Shown here: positions 1 through 13,577 of the stretch, in pieces
Layout of the letters: each line of letters starts with the position of its first letter
How positions within the stretch are numbered: position 1 is the first letter of the stretch
Source of the DNA: Eutreptiella sp. 'Long Island Sound 2002'
Taxonomy: Eukaryota; Protista; Euglenida
NCBI GenBank assembly: GCA_964036045.1
Contig: OZ038378.1
Coordinates: forward strand, 167,772,001 to 167,836,000
Reading direction: 5' to 3'
Length of the DNA: 64,000 nucleotides
The notes under the pieces: model-generated
What the model saw: the letters and a program-made list of their open reading frames with translations, nothing else
What the model was told of the DNA's origin: nothing
Databases searched by the model: none
Made by a program: the position numbers and the translations under genes

Positions 1-572
1 GGGGGGGCGATTCAAAACCTGGTTGCCAGCAGAGGATCCGGCACGTCCACTGCTGTCTGACACTGACACTGTCTGCGGCATGGAATCTACACGTTTTGTG
101 CCCTTGTATGCAAAAGTCTGACAACCCCTGCACATTGCACTCCATGACTTTGGATCTTCGTACTCTAGGGAGATGCATGCATCGGCCACAAAAAACAGTA
201 TCTGGAACACGGACGTATATCGCACATCTATCTGCATTTCCTGCGCCATGGCTCGCCACGCTAGGCCCACCTTTACAATCTGCATTGGCTGTCGCAGAAA
301 TTGCACTGGCCAACCTATACACTAGCGTCATCCTTGGCCTCTCTTTCCTCTCATTGTTCGTCTTTCCACTGTTGTGGGCGGGTCCAGGAAGAAGAGGGTG
401 AAAATCTGACTCCACCTTGCAAAGGCAGACCCTTGGGCAGTATCACAGAGGCTCTTTCTTTGTCAGACCCAGCAGGCGCCGAGCAATTGAAGGGCCCGAC
501 AATCAGGGCACCCGTTGAGTCTCCTGTTGTATTACATGAAAAGTGGAACGGTCTTGTCGAAGGCAGACGCAG

Positions 573-3500
573 ACATACTCCTTCGAGTTGCGGCCGTGGT
601 GCAGATTCGGCAGGTGGTCCAGCATCGAAATCTTTGGGAGTTGGCGCTGCCGCACTTTGAAACACAAACGTTGGTGTCTGCCCAACAGCCGCTGACTCCA
701 CCTGCACAACACGTAAGATCAGGGCTGAGGTCGCATTCCCTCTGCATGGCGATGCCCTGCGGTGTTATGGATGCGGCGTCTCCGGCAGACACTTGTCTTG
801 TGATCGGCCTCGGTCATCTGAGTCGGTCACCAATACCTCATCTTTGGGCAACCCTCCTTTCCTCTTCTACTGGTCTTGAATTTTGTTCCGGCGGGAGGGC
901 ATCCATGCTTATTTGACGTTCCATGGCTTTTCACAGAAGGACGCCAATATGAAGACTGCCACCCACTCAACCAAGCCACCCAAATGCAGCGTGCTACGGT
1001 GCTGTGGTACGGTTTAGAAGGGTAGGGGGTCTTCCACGTGAGATTGTAGGAGTAACACTTCGCACTTGTCTCCGCGCTGCTATAAGGACGCCACAATGGT
1101 GGGTGTGATCCAAAGATGCTTCTACTGTTCCCCGGCTACAGAAAAGACATTGTTGTGTCCCATGACATCAACTGCCTGCGTCTGACCGCCAACGAACTTC
1201 ACTTCCCCGCCAACCGCCAAATCGGGTCCCTAGACTGTCCCTACCCTAAAAGAGACACATATGCATCTTGTTCCTCATGGGAGCCCCTGATGGTCGCCTC
1301 TGCCGAGACACATTAGGCTGTGACACTTGAGAGCCCCTACCAATGCAGCCATCCGACACAGCCACCCAATGCAGAGGGCACGACACTTTGCAGTGGATAA
1401 CTGCAAAACACACGCGACCGGCCCAATACCTCCGCTGCACGCTCTGTGCACGACCCAGTGCTGACGTCCTCCGAGCCGTGCCGTGATAGCACCTCGGCAC
1501 TTTCTGAAGGCGTCGCCGCCTTTGAGACCTCCTTGGGAGCCCGGGAACCCACCTGCAGAACATGGTACGTGCTGGCACCTGCTGCCTCTTGTTGGTGTTC
1601 ATCATCGCTTGGGAAGCTGTCGTTCGGTCAGACCCTTTTCCATGGATCAAAATCGGCAGCATCAGCATCAGCAATGCCCCAGTGCTTGGCTTATCAACGG
1701 AAAGGGGGAAGGCAGAGGGCAAACATGCTTTGGAACAGAGGAAATGGGGCTGGGGGTGTTGGGGGGTGGAGTATCCTGCTTTGAAACGGCACCTGCGCTG
1801 GAGGGCAGAGCAGCCACGGGAGACACGTAATCAAACAAACCTACTGCCATACCAAACAGCATGTCATCAATGGAACTTGAGGGACTGACGACAGAAACTC
1901 AGCGCCTTCGGCACCCATGTGTGTGTACCCATGTCGCATGTAGTGTGGCTGTTGGTTGTTGCTGCACCAGTGGCCTCCTCAAACTCATTAGGGTCATCTT
2001 CGTCATCATCATCATTATCATTATCAACATCAAAATCGTCATCATCATCATCATCCAATTCTCCTCTTCGGGCTCTGGTTAGCAAGTTTTGGCTGCTTTG
2101 GAAGGGGGGGGGGGTTCGGCCAGCATCAGCACCAGGGCAAAATAGGTGTCAAATCAACGACGGTCCCTGTGCCCAACATGGCTTCTAAACAGGCGCAGCT
2201 TCGACATGCGGTGGATCTGTAGCCCGTCACCCACAGACCGTATGTTTCCCTCATCCGCACCCACCATCCAACTACAACGTGTGCATGACGAGAACAACAA
2301 CCTTCCGCAGTTTTATGGCTGAGGCATCCATCATTGGCTTGGCTCCAGGGACACGTCCCAGCGACGCTTTGTACTCTCCTTCGTCCGAGCCTGTGGTGTT
2401 GCTGATGTCGCTCATCAGGCTGTGACGGCTGCAAAAGCTGGTCCTCAGGCTGTTGGGTTCTGCAATCTGCTTTGTCGGCGGTTCTGCAGCCTGATGCACC
2501 GCGAATGGAGGTGCAGGGGGCGTCCACCATTTAGCCATGGGTGGTGACGTGGGGGCGAACGCACCCTTGCACAGCTTGATGGGTCCGTTGCCCCAGTCCT
2601 TCAAATCAGTCGGGGTAAAACTGTGACGCGTCGAAACTCCAGCGAAACCAGACCGAGGACTTCGGATGCAGCATTTACCACCTTTTTCAAGGGCTTCAAC
2701 ACGAAGCGCAGGGCAGATGCCTGGACCCTGCAGCTTTTGTCATATCCATCCCCAATCAACACACTGGTCTAGAAGTGGATGCGGTAAAACCACCACTCTT
2801 GATTACCATCTGCTCCGCCAATGCGGTGGTGAAGCCTTCCAGTTTGGGTGGTGGTGGTCGTATTGGTAGTGGCGGCGGCGGCGGTGGAATATTTCTGACG
2901 ACGCCGAGACTTCCCCGTTCCTCCGATTACCCAGCGCGACATGAGGGGCATCCAGTCGGTAACCTCCGCGACGGCTACAAAGATTCATCGGTCTCCAAGA
3001 AAGCTACCTTGTGACACTTCAGATACGGGCTCTATCCAGCGCACACATGGACGTAGCTCCTCATGCGCTGTCAGCCCCCAGCCCCCACTCTTTCCACCCC
3101 CAACCCCCCAAAACTGTGGTGTCAATTTTCTGGTTTCTAGTGCCAGGGAGGTAGACCCGCTCACGGCACATGTGCTCCGCTTGTGCATTACTGTGCTCCA
3201 CTTTCGCCTGTGCACAAGTAACCACACACAGCCCAAAACCACAGTGCCAATCTAAGCATATGTCCCTCAAAAGGCAAAATCTGTGGAGATGCTGCACACC
3301 CCAGATTGTAACACTTGGCGATCCCGAACCCCTTGGCCCGCTACAATGTCTATGTTAGTGGCGGGGAGCACCCTCCAGGGCCAGAGCCAGAAAATCAAGG
3401 GAGAGTTTTGTTTATGTGTCTACCACATGTACTAAGAGGGACGAAGGGCACATAGTGGGGCATGTTGTGCTGCCCCTACCACGACAGCAGGAAACAGTCA

Positions 3501-5781
3501 ACCCACGTTGTTGTACAGTTGCCTCGAGAACGCTCCCCATTTGGGGGCTGAGGCAGCAACCACTCTTAATTAGTCACATGACCCATCCCCACATGGTCAG
3601 GGCGGTTTTCAAAAGCGTGTATATTGGTGTCTGAAACCCAATACCAAAAGTGCTGGAGCTCTCGAGGCACAGACCGTAGGACTGTGCGGCCGGGGAGGGG
3701 ATGGCATGAACAGTAACAGGAACAAGGCAGATCAGAAATAGACACTACTACCCAACCACAGGAAAAGAAGAGCGGGTTTAACGCCGTCCTTCACGAAACC
3801 AAAATGCCACCGCAAACTTTTGCCAACCGACTACCGTCAGCAGGAATCATCCATTGTGTTGCTGCTGACATAGAAGATGTGTCTACAAGCGGACTGGGTA
3901 CAATATTACAATGCCAACCTTTGCAGCAAAAATTGGCACTCGCGTTGGCCTGGGGACTTCTACAAACCCGCCAGCAGGATGCAAAATATTCTTTGCAGCC
4001 TCTATTCTTGTCTAGGGCCGTCCATGGCTATTTGAAGGACGTTGAAATTACAGTGTGCTCTGAAAGTAGCCTTAAAACTGCTTACGCAGTGTTGCAGTAA
4101 TCACGCGTGCGCATCGCAGATTGCGCCGGAAGTGTATTGCGTGCCACGTTCGTAGTTGCATACACACATTTTCTGTACATGCATAGCCCTGATGCTACTG
4201 CCAACACCCAAATACATTTTTCGATTTAGAGGCCGGTTTAAATCACAGACACTACATTATACCACAGAGGATGTGAGAGGGGCACTCTGCATCCACGGCC
4301 ACCCCTACAGGGTAATATTTTTCTAGAGCCATACTTTCAAAGGTCTTTTGCTGCATTCCCTCACAGGTACGTGAATTTGGTATCAACCACAATCCCTGTC
4401 ATCAATATATCACTGAAGGTCCAGGGCATGTTTGCTCAAGCGGTCTTTTTTTGTAGGCTGGAGCATTTGTCAGGCAGGGAGGGGAGGGAGGGAGGGGAGG
4501 GAGGGAGGGAGGGAGGGAGGGAGGGAGGGAGGGAGGGAGGGAGGGAGGGAGGGAGGGAGGGAGGGAGGGAGCAGAAGTTGTAGCAGCAAAGGCCTCTGCC
4601 CGGCATAGACGGCGGGCTTCTAGCTTCCTGACGCTGGTGCCTTGACTTTGTCAGTGAATCCTTCTCACACGTTGATGTGGACTCCCTGGACCGTCGTATA
4701 CCAGCTTCCCGTTCGCTTTGTATAATGGCATCCTCAGTTGTTGGATCACACTGACGATATTTGATGAGCGATTTAGTGGCTTGAGTGGCACCTGGGGTGC
4801 CACGATAGCGCCCCCGTGGGCTGTGGTCAGGGCTGCGTGACCCGGTACCGGGTGTGTGCAGCGCGCACGGCAGCAGCACCTCATCCACAAAACCCGGGTC
4901 GGGGCCACTGCCTTCAGCTGCGGGGGCCTCGCAGGCCAAAGCTGGGAGACTGTGTGTGCGCGCACGTGCGCGAAGGGGCGGGGTCGGCTTGCTGGGGGAC
5001 CCATAGCTCAGGGCTGTGTGACGTCGTGGTCGCACACCATAAAAATGGGCCCCTGGGCGCCTTCCCCCTCGCCTGAGGAAGAGGTTCGAAAGGGGTTGCT
5101 TAGGTGCATTCCGTTCCTGCGCGGCCATGGTGCTGTGCGTGCGCGTGTGCGCGCGGCAGCGCTGGTGCCACTCGAGCATGAGGCTTCCGGCAGCTTCTGG
5201 CACACCGCCGTCCCTGACATCGGCTTGCGCCTTTCGCGGTCCTACACTATCTCATGCGAGTGGCCATGTACCTGGCCCTCCTCCAGCAGCTTTCGACCTC
5301 CCGGTGGATACCAGAGCTGCCGTGGCCTCCGCCGCCGACTTCACTCGGCAGAACAGCATCCGGAGGGCACGGCTGCCCTCCCACAGACCCGCAGTGGGCC
5401 GCGGGGCTGATGCCAATCCCGAGGGGCTTTATGGAAGGCGAAGGCAGGAGAAATGGTATGTGTTATACCCAATGCCGATCTCGCCGATAGTCCCGGCGCC
5501 CCCCCCCCCCCCCCCCCACACACACTGTACACACAGGCCACGGCATGCCGCCAGGTCTCAAGCAGCATCCAATCAGCACAGAAAGACTGCGGCACCTGCA
5601 GGAAATGTTCAGGGCTGTTGCTGCCGCCTTCTGCGGTGTTGGTGCCTGCCACTGGCGCATCCGCATGTTCTGCAGGGCTTGTGTTTGCATCCGCCGAATC
5701 GGCGGGGGCGATTGATTCGGCACAGTTCCGCAGGACAGGGTCGTTATGACGGTGGGTCTCTTTCTGCGAGTTCGGGGCATC
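573..5781 (-). CDS. Putative multi-exon gene encoding a low-complexity/disordered (Pro-, Asp-rich) protein; partial, structure unresolved
   Basis: Several AG..GT-bounded open blocks on the minus strand. 5781-5596 (DAPNSQKETH...EHFLQ, phase 0/0) and 1552-1430 (VGSRAPKEVS...ERAAE, phase 0/0) are clean. Less well delimited: a poly-Asp block at ~2079-1970, a poly-Pro block at ~2900-2780, ~2610-2294 and ~657-573. No recognisable domain. Confidence 0.35.
4478..4569. repeat. (GGGA)n tetranucleotide microsatellite
   Basis: Directly visible GGGA/GGAG tandem run. Confidence 0.95.
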
Positions 5782-6713
5782 CTGCCGTCAGACACGCGAA
5801 AGTCCCAACAACAGTACACACACGCATACCGCATGCAGTGCAATGCAGGCTTCCCCTTGATCCCCCAAAAAGGGCAATGAAATTCGCGCCAGGTTCGTCT
5901 CGTGCACCGTCAAACGCAATCTGCGCCCCCTCTCTCCCTGTTGGCAAAGGGTCCCAAATTCTTTCGTGAACGTACACACCAGACCAGAATTTGCCTACGT
6001 ATGCGCGCGCGCACGCCTGTGTTGCTGGGTGTCGCGGCGGGCACTTTCCGGGCGGAGCGGAACCCGCAACAAAACTTTGATCAACGTGATAGGGACGATC
6101 CTGTCAGATCTGCACAACCACAAGGGCGGGGGGGGAGGTGGTTTGTCCAAAAACGCTTCAACAAAAGAGTCATGGCACGGCGAGTGGTCGCCATTCGGTC
6201 ACGTCGGAATACCGTTGGGATCGATTCGCCCCGGATCCCGGAGCTGGTACCGCCCTCAATCAATACACACTCATCCATCATGCACCCAGACAATGCACGC
6301 ATTCACTGCGCAATCATCAACTATGCACCCGGGCATCATCCACAGAGCAAGCCCGGGGCCAGCGGCCCCTGACGAGCTACAATGCCAGTCGAGGAAACTC
6401 TGAGAGCCTCTCCTGTCTTCCCCATGGACTTGGACACCACTGCAATCTTCTCTCCAGGGCTCCATCAGTGAATGCTCATCTGTGTTTGTGTGCTCACTGG
6501 CGTTAGGGCTCCAGCCAACGGAGCATGCTGAGAAGAATGTGGGAGCTGCATGCGGCAATGACAATTTGACCTCAAACCTCAGCTCGTGCCTTTGCGTTCC
6601 GGGCTGGGGGCTTCTCGGCGCTGTCCATCTGTTTAGCCCGCCTGTACCTCTGGTTTTCACGTGGCACATTGCTGAAGCGCATGCACAGGCCTCCCCTTCG
6701 CCCTTGTGAACCC

Positions 6714-9700
6714 TCAGACGACCTCTGGGGCCTGCACTTTGTCGAGGAAGAAAAGCTGCCGCAGCGAAGGCTTGTCAAGGGCGTAGATGTGATAGATGCC
6801 GAGGGTCGGGTGCTGTTTGTACTCGTCCAAAAAGTCATCGTAGACAGCCTCCGTCAACGTCTGCGAGTTTGGGGCACGCAGACGATGCTCAGCCGGAGTG
6901 CTGTGTGCTGTGGCTCGGGGATGGAGGACACAATGGCCCATTTGTCACAGTTGCGCCTCCACTGCAATGCTTCGTTCTCATCAGGACCTACCGACGATGC
7001 TCGAAGACCATATGCGCCGTGTAGCCCACACACACTCAATACCGCAGGCCATGCCGCAGTGGCCTATGACCCGCGCCCTGTGCCCCGATGCCCCTACGCC
7101 CTTGCCGCGGTGTGCTCTGCATTATACATGCCTTATGCCCCCTGCCAACACAGCGGGCGTCGCTACACACCCAACCCAACCGCTTGAATGTACTCCGAAT
7201 ACGCCATCGGCCGACCCGTTGCAACACGGCACTGCGCAGCAGCCCACGGGTAGGACCCGCGGAGAGAGGCACCTGCAACTTCTCGTCATCCGCTACCATT
7301 TCGAAGTGTCGCTGCATAAACGTAAGGAAGCGGCCCCTACTGATATCAAAGTCCGTCACGCAGACCTGATTTGGGGCCGGGACCTGCGAGTTCACCCACT
7401 CCAACAGCAGCGCCTCGTTCTCACATACAAACCACAGCTCCTGCGTCCTGAGTCAAAGCGATGCCCCGGGCACAGAAGAAGCAGAGATGGGCACACGTTG
7501 GAGCGGGGGACGGGGGTGGGCGGTTGACCACCGGCCCAGAGGGCTGTCTTTAAGGGCCCATCAAAAGGAAAAAAGCGCCGTTCATCAAAAGGACCGAAAT
7601 GTCGTCGCACGGGGGCGTGCCAGGCAGACAACGAATGACACAGTCGCCAAGAACGACGGCAAGAGACAACGGCAAGAGGCAAAAGAGAAGAGCAGAAAAG
7701 GCGGGAAGGTCTGAGACCCCAGGGTCTGTGTCCGCGGAGAAGGGGAGGGGGACTACTCCTCAACAACTTGTCATTCTAAATTATCATTGAGCAGGGGCAT
7801 GAGCGACTGCAGGGCGCGTGGCGATACGCGGTAAGAGCCGGCTGCACACGCTACAGGGCGGCAGAGCCTTGCCACTGAGAGAAGGGTGTTGGGCGACACC
7901 AGGCGTTTCCACATCAGAAGAATCTGCGGCAGGGGAACCAGCAGAGAAGAACAAGCACGAGATCTGATGTACGATGTTGGCAAGCGTTTTTCTTCCGGTG
8001 CAGCACCTGCGGGGGGGGGGGGGGTCCGAACCTTCCCACAGCCATTTTCAATGCCCCTCGCCTTCCGAACAACTCCGCCATTCCGTCGTGCAACAGCCCC
8101 TATCGTTCCCCGCACTCAGCGATCCGGAGGCCCCTCGCCCTGTACAACAGATGTGGCGGTCAGCAGCGGCCGAATGCTTCGTGGTCATGGATGTGAGGCG
8201 AGCCGGTGCTGGCAGGGGAGTAGTGGATGCCACAGGGGGAGCGGTGCTGCGATGATGCGGAGGGTGATCCACATTCCAGGATGACCCACGCAATTGCCCC
8301 CCCCCCCCCCTCCTAAAGCACGGCGCACACGGTCGGCAGAGCCACGGGGGGAGGGGGGTGGCAACGGGGGCCCCGACACAGGCAGCTTCACTCGTCTATC
8401 GCGAAGACGGCAGTGGCTCCACCGCTGTGGCCTCACGGATCCGAAGAGGCAACCGATGACGACGCAGTCCGGCAGTGACCAGCGAGGAGTCACGGCCCAA
8501 GGGTCCAGCCCATGCCCATGCCCATGCCCCCCCCCCCCCCTCTCGAAAGAGATCCACCATCTCCATCAACAAGAGCAGGTCACACACAAGACGCGGCGTT
8601 GGACACAAGGGGCACTTCCATGGAGCCCCCCTCTACGGCCACTGTCCCGCAGGGTGTCTGCCGCGATGGACTACGGCCACGTACGAACGGGCCACTGCAG
8701 CCGTGCAAGAGCCAAGGTCCCTGCGGTGTGTTTGGTGTTTGCGCCCCTCCTATTACCCCCTGCGCTCGTCGGCCGGGCAGTCCTCAGCAGTTCGGTACTC
8801 GGGCTGCGGGTCGCCCGGGCACCGGGAGGGGTTGGCAATGGGGGGGGGGTGGGGGGCAGTGGCTGGTCCCCTTTTATCAGGCAAACCTCTTCAAAAGGCC
8901 CCCCAAATTCCATTTCCGCCCCCGTAGTTACTAAGACACAGCGTTGTGAGACCCAAGAGACCGCCCCATTCCGACCCCAATGGATCGGAACAGATCACAG
9001 AAGCACATACTGCACACGCGACGCCAGCCGATTGACGCAGCAATGCACGTTCTTCGGTGGATCGAAGTGCACCAGCCAATCCACTTCGTCCATGTGCATG
9101 TTCAGGGGGACCCCTTTGTCCCACAGCAGCACAACCCCTGGCAAGAGAATGAGGTCTTGTGCACTTGTGCTGGGCCGTTGGGCATTCAAAGCCCCGGAAT
9201 ACACACGCGGGCACATTCACAGTGATTGATCAAAGTGGTGCGGGGTGGTCCACAGCCCTTGGCCTCGTATTCCTCCGCATCGGTGGTGGAGGCCATTGTC
9301 CGATGCTTCACAGCGGTACCCTTCGACCTCAACACCGCATGCCCGGTCACGAACTGCGGTTGGTGACCAGCGATTGACCGTCAATTTTCGTCGGCTCGTG
9401 CATCTTGCACAGACGAAGTCTTCTGACACTGTTCCACTCCCTGACGCCCCCCACATGCTCCCAGCAAACACATCACCCACCAACACCAACCACACTACCA
9501 AACACCATACCGTCCAGCACCATACTACGCCACCAGCCAGCTACCCCAACCTCACCAATCCAATCATCCTTACCAATCGACACACCCATACACGCAAAAT
9601 CGGTTCTAAAAATGCGATGACGTGGACCTGACACAGCGACTCGCGTTTCAGTACAAATGGATGCTAAGCCCCGGATGGCAACGTGCTAGTGCAAGCCTGG

Positions 9701-12700
9701 CTGATGTTACAAACCTGCCCCTAACGACCCACAGACAGCACTGAAATGGGCCGGTTCCGGGGTGTCGTCACCCGTAGGCTGCAGGTAACTCGCGCCGCTG
9801 ACACAGACGGAGCGGCCGCGCTTCGTAAACAAATGTTCCAAGAAGAGCACCTGCAACAGTAGGCGGAATTCAGAACATGGCTCGTATCCCATCACACTGA
9901 CAGCACCAATATCGCTACCGACAACACCAGCACGACAACCACAACAATCACAGGAGCAGCAGCAGCAGATATTGTCGTTGTTTGATGTCTGGTGTTGTAA
10001 TTGCTGCTGCCGTTGCTGTTGTTCGTGCTGCTGAAAAACAACAGCAGCAGCAACAACAACAACAGCAGCAGCAGCAGCAGCAGCAGCAGTAGGATCCAAA
10101 CTTTGCGTGAAGGATATTCAGTGGGAGCGACAAAACTCGTCACCTGCTGTTGTTGTTGCGCCGGCTGCTCGCTGCTGCTCGTATTTTTGCTTGTGCTGTT
10201 GCTGTTGTCAGACAAACCAGTAGCAGCAGCAGCAGCAGCAGCAGCAGCACCACCACCACCAAAGCCTGCAGCCATTTCCTGTCCATGCCCCTACACATGC
10301 CGTGCTCACCTGCATTTGCGAGTGCATCATGATAATCACTCGCTGAGTCCTCCACTTGGCCTTCATGAAGCGGTCCAAAAGGAAATACTTCTCGGCGGGG
10401 GCACACAGAACTGCATTGCGTACTGGTGCGGCCTGACCACAGAGACGAAGCCGCCGTATTGAGTACATTGGATATTGGGTGTTGGAAAGGTCTATTGGTT
10501 ACACTACCAGGGTTGGGCGGCGAAAATCAGATTTGGTCAAACTGGTCTATGGACCTTGGAACCCACCTCCCCATTTTGGGCGTGCCGAATCCAGTTCCAG
10601 GTCCAAACTAGGCAGTGGTGGGGCTCTAACAAGAGGTTCACCAGGAACGTTGGGTTTCGCAAATGATGGAGCTGCAGCGCTCGCGTATCGTTATTTCAAC
10701 CAACAGTCAAACAAAATGGATTTAACCGCAGAGGCTATCCTGTGCTGCGCTACGTCATGGTGTGACGTGCTGTGTTGTGCTGTAGCGACGCCTCTCGTCT
10801 CAATATGGTCAGCCTCTCCCAGCGAATAGCATTTTTGTGTCACAGGGTCATTGGATGCGGTCATTTTGACCTACTGGACCAGCAACCACCACCCCTGAAC
10901 TTCCCTAGTGCACACTGCATGCCACTATCCATGTGTTCATGTCTCCTACCCACCTTGCCGCTTGGATGCCCGGGATGCAGGGCTGCTAGAAAGCAGCCAA
11001 TTCCTCCCACTACGCGTGCCCCCAGCTGTTGTGGTTGAATCTCCGACACAATGTATCAGCGTGGCGTGATATTCCTGCGGCTCTAAGACTGCCAAGACAC
11101 ACCTGAATGGGACTCACTGGCTGATCAATGTTGGGGGGTGACTGATCGACGTTGGGGGCTGGCCAGGGGTGTGGCAACTGCCCATACTGTTGGGTGAGCT
11201 GTGCAAGTTGATGCTGCAGCAGTGAAATCTGTTCTTCATGATGTCGAACGAGAGTATCGATGTTACCAGTACTTGAGCTACTGCAATAACAAAGGATAGG
11301 GTGCCTTGTCATGATCGGACGCCGTCACCACAGTGTCTGCGCTCCTGGTGTGTGCGCAGGGCGCCCGTGACCGAGTCCGAGTCAGGGACGACCTAATATA
11401 CCCCCTCCTGCTGTCGTATTGTGTTGCCTTGTTGTGTTGCATGGTGTTGTGTTGTGTTGTGTTGTGTTGTGCTGTGTTGTATTGTGTTGTGTTGTGTTGT
11501 GTTGTGTTGTGTTGTGTTGTGTTGTGTTGTGTTGTGTTGTGTTGTGTTGTGTTGTGTTGTGTTGTGTTGTGTTGTGTTGTGTTGTGTTGTGTTGTGTTGT
11601 GTTGTGTTGTGTTGTGTTGTGTTGTCTCGTGATGATTTGCACTGTGGTGTGGTGTATGGTGGTGTGTTGTTTTGTGTTGTGCTGTGCTGTGCTGTGCCCT
11701 GTATTGTGGTGTGTTGTGGTGTGGTGTAGTGTGGTGTGGTGTGTTGTGTTGCATTGTGTTGTGGTGTGTTGTGTTGTATTGTGTGGTGTTGTGGTGTGGT
11801 GTGTTGTGGTATGGTATGGTGTGGTGTGTCGTGTCGTGTCGGGGCGTGGCGTGGCGTGGCGTGGCGTGGCGTGGCGTGGTGTGGCGTGTGGTGCTGTGGT
11901 ATGTTGTGTGCCAGACCGGAGTTAGCGGCTGAAAACTCAGATAAATGAAGCTTGAGCTGCTGTGGGGTCCAAAGCAGGAGTCAACGCCAAAAATGCAGAA
12001 CTGCCACAGCTACAGCCGCAGCAACAGGAGCCTGGAATTCCCTCCGACAAGTGGGGACTCCTTGGGACACGACATATGGTGGGCATCAGCACATGATGCC
12101 TTTGCGGTTGCCCATGGAACTGAACTGGTTTTCCGTGTTGCGACTCACGTATGCTCGCGGTCTGCTGGTTCCCCAACAAAACCCTCAGGAAGCTAATGCA
12201 TCGATGCCACAGACGCGTGCATATTTGCAGAGAAGGAAGAAATGCGGGTGACCTGGCTGAACTGCGTGCCGTACCTGGAGAGGGTCGGCAGCGTGATCTG
12301 AGAACTCTGAGGCTTCAATGCGGAACCCTGACGATGAGAAACCTCCTATGGAGCACACGAGTATATTGGCAGACACATGGCTGCGAAAAAATCGGTGGGG
12401 TCCATGTGTCAATGCCCGTGCCATGAACTGGTCACCAAAGGCAACATTTAACATTGGTCAAATCTTTGCAGGACACATCGTGTCCCACTTGTTCAGTCTC
12501 AAAAGCGGGGGACGAGTATGTCCACCTTTCCAAGCACTCCCAGCGATTCACAGATGTAACCGTTGCACTGGATACTTCCTTGCGTGCTGAATCCAGGGGA
12601 AAATATCGGTCGGGTGGTCCGTGCAAACCCACGGCTACGGAGCACCTGCCCGGTGAACCATCCCAAGACATAAATTGGATGCTCACGTGTCCCGATCACG

Positions 12701-13577
12701 GCGCCTGCAGCCCAATGTCTGAATGTACCTCTGTCTTCTAATAGCCCTAAGGGCGAGGTCACGAGCTGCACGCGCACGTGTGTGGGAGTAAGTGTGCGCG
12801 GTGCGTGTGTGCGCGCACGCGCCTGTGTGGCCTTGTGCCATGGAACCGCACAAGCCAAAATGTGGAACGGACTGAGCAGTCGAGTGCGCAGAGTAACACT
12901 TGGATTCATGAGAAAAGCGCACCCCCAATCAGTGACATGGGATTCCACACAGCTTTGTATAGCTACGGTCCGCCATTCTGGTGCGGTCAGGGGTGTGGCC
13001 AAGGGGAGGGCGTCAGCGATGCCAAGCTGACTGTGCTTTCGGTCAAGCATGAGGGCCACAATCCCGCCATCCAGCAGCTTCAGCGGGATGTACCTGCGCT
13101 GCAGGCATCCAAAGGCCTCATGGATCAGTGTAAAGCAGACTTGAGCATTCCACAAGGGAAAATACACATTCTACTGACAAAGGCCGATATTGGTGGTTGA
13201 TATGGATTGACGGAGGCTGTTTGAGGTTGCAGGGATTTACCAACGGCGGTGGGGGCTTTACTGAGGGTTCACAGCGCTCAAAAACGGGATTTTCAAGTCA
13301 CATGATCGCGGGAATTTGCCATTCCACAAACTTGCTTCGTCGAGTTCTCTGTAATAACAGCGCGTTGAGCCCTGAAACTTTGCAGGATGCTCCTTTTTCA
13401 TGAGAGCTTCGCATCTGCTTCAGTCGCTTGTGAAGCAAATACCTGTAGCCCTGTTGTGTGCTGTCTGCCCATTTTTGCCCATTTTTTGCTCCGTGTTTCT
13501 CCCAAAATTGACTTGCTCTGCGCCCGTGCGCTTCGGGCGGCTGACAATTTCCGCCAATTCGCCGCTGAGGCCTCTGC
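6714..13577 (-). CDS. DEAD-box (Has1/DDX18-class) pseudohelicase module of the above gene
   Basis: The last five exons (10432-6714) splice in frame and align residue-for-residue in spacing with the Has1/DDX18 RecA2 domain and C-terminal extension. The RecA1 exons (13577-12275) align more weakly. Confidence 0.7.

Noticed and set aside
7880-8010. TGRKTLANIV as a helicase Walker A exon
   Set aside because: It lies between the motif VI and CTE exons, which already splice in frame without it. The position is wrong and the motif weak.
9892-10462. Poly-Q/poly-S/poly-C ORFs
   Set aside because: They are trinucleotide microsatellite translations. Only 10432-10310 is a supported exon.
11278-11948. 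Long ORFs made of HNTTQ/CCVVL repeats
   Set aside because: They are translations of the (GTGTT)n microsatellite inside an intron, not genes.
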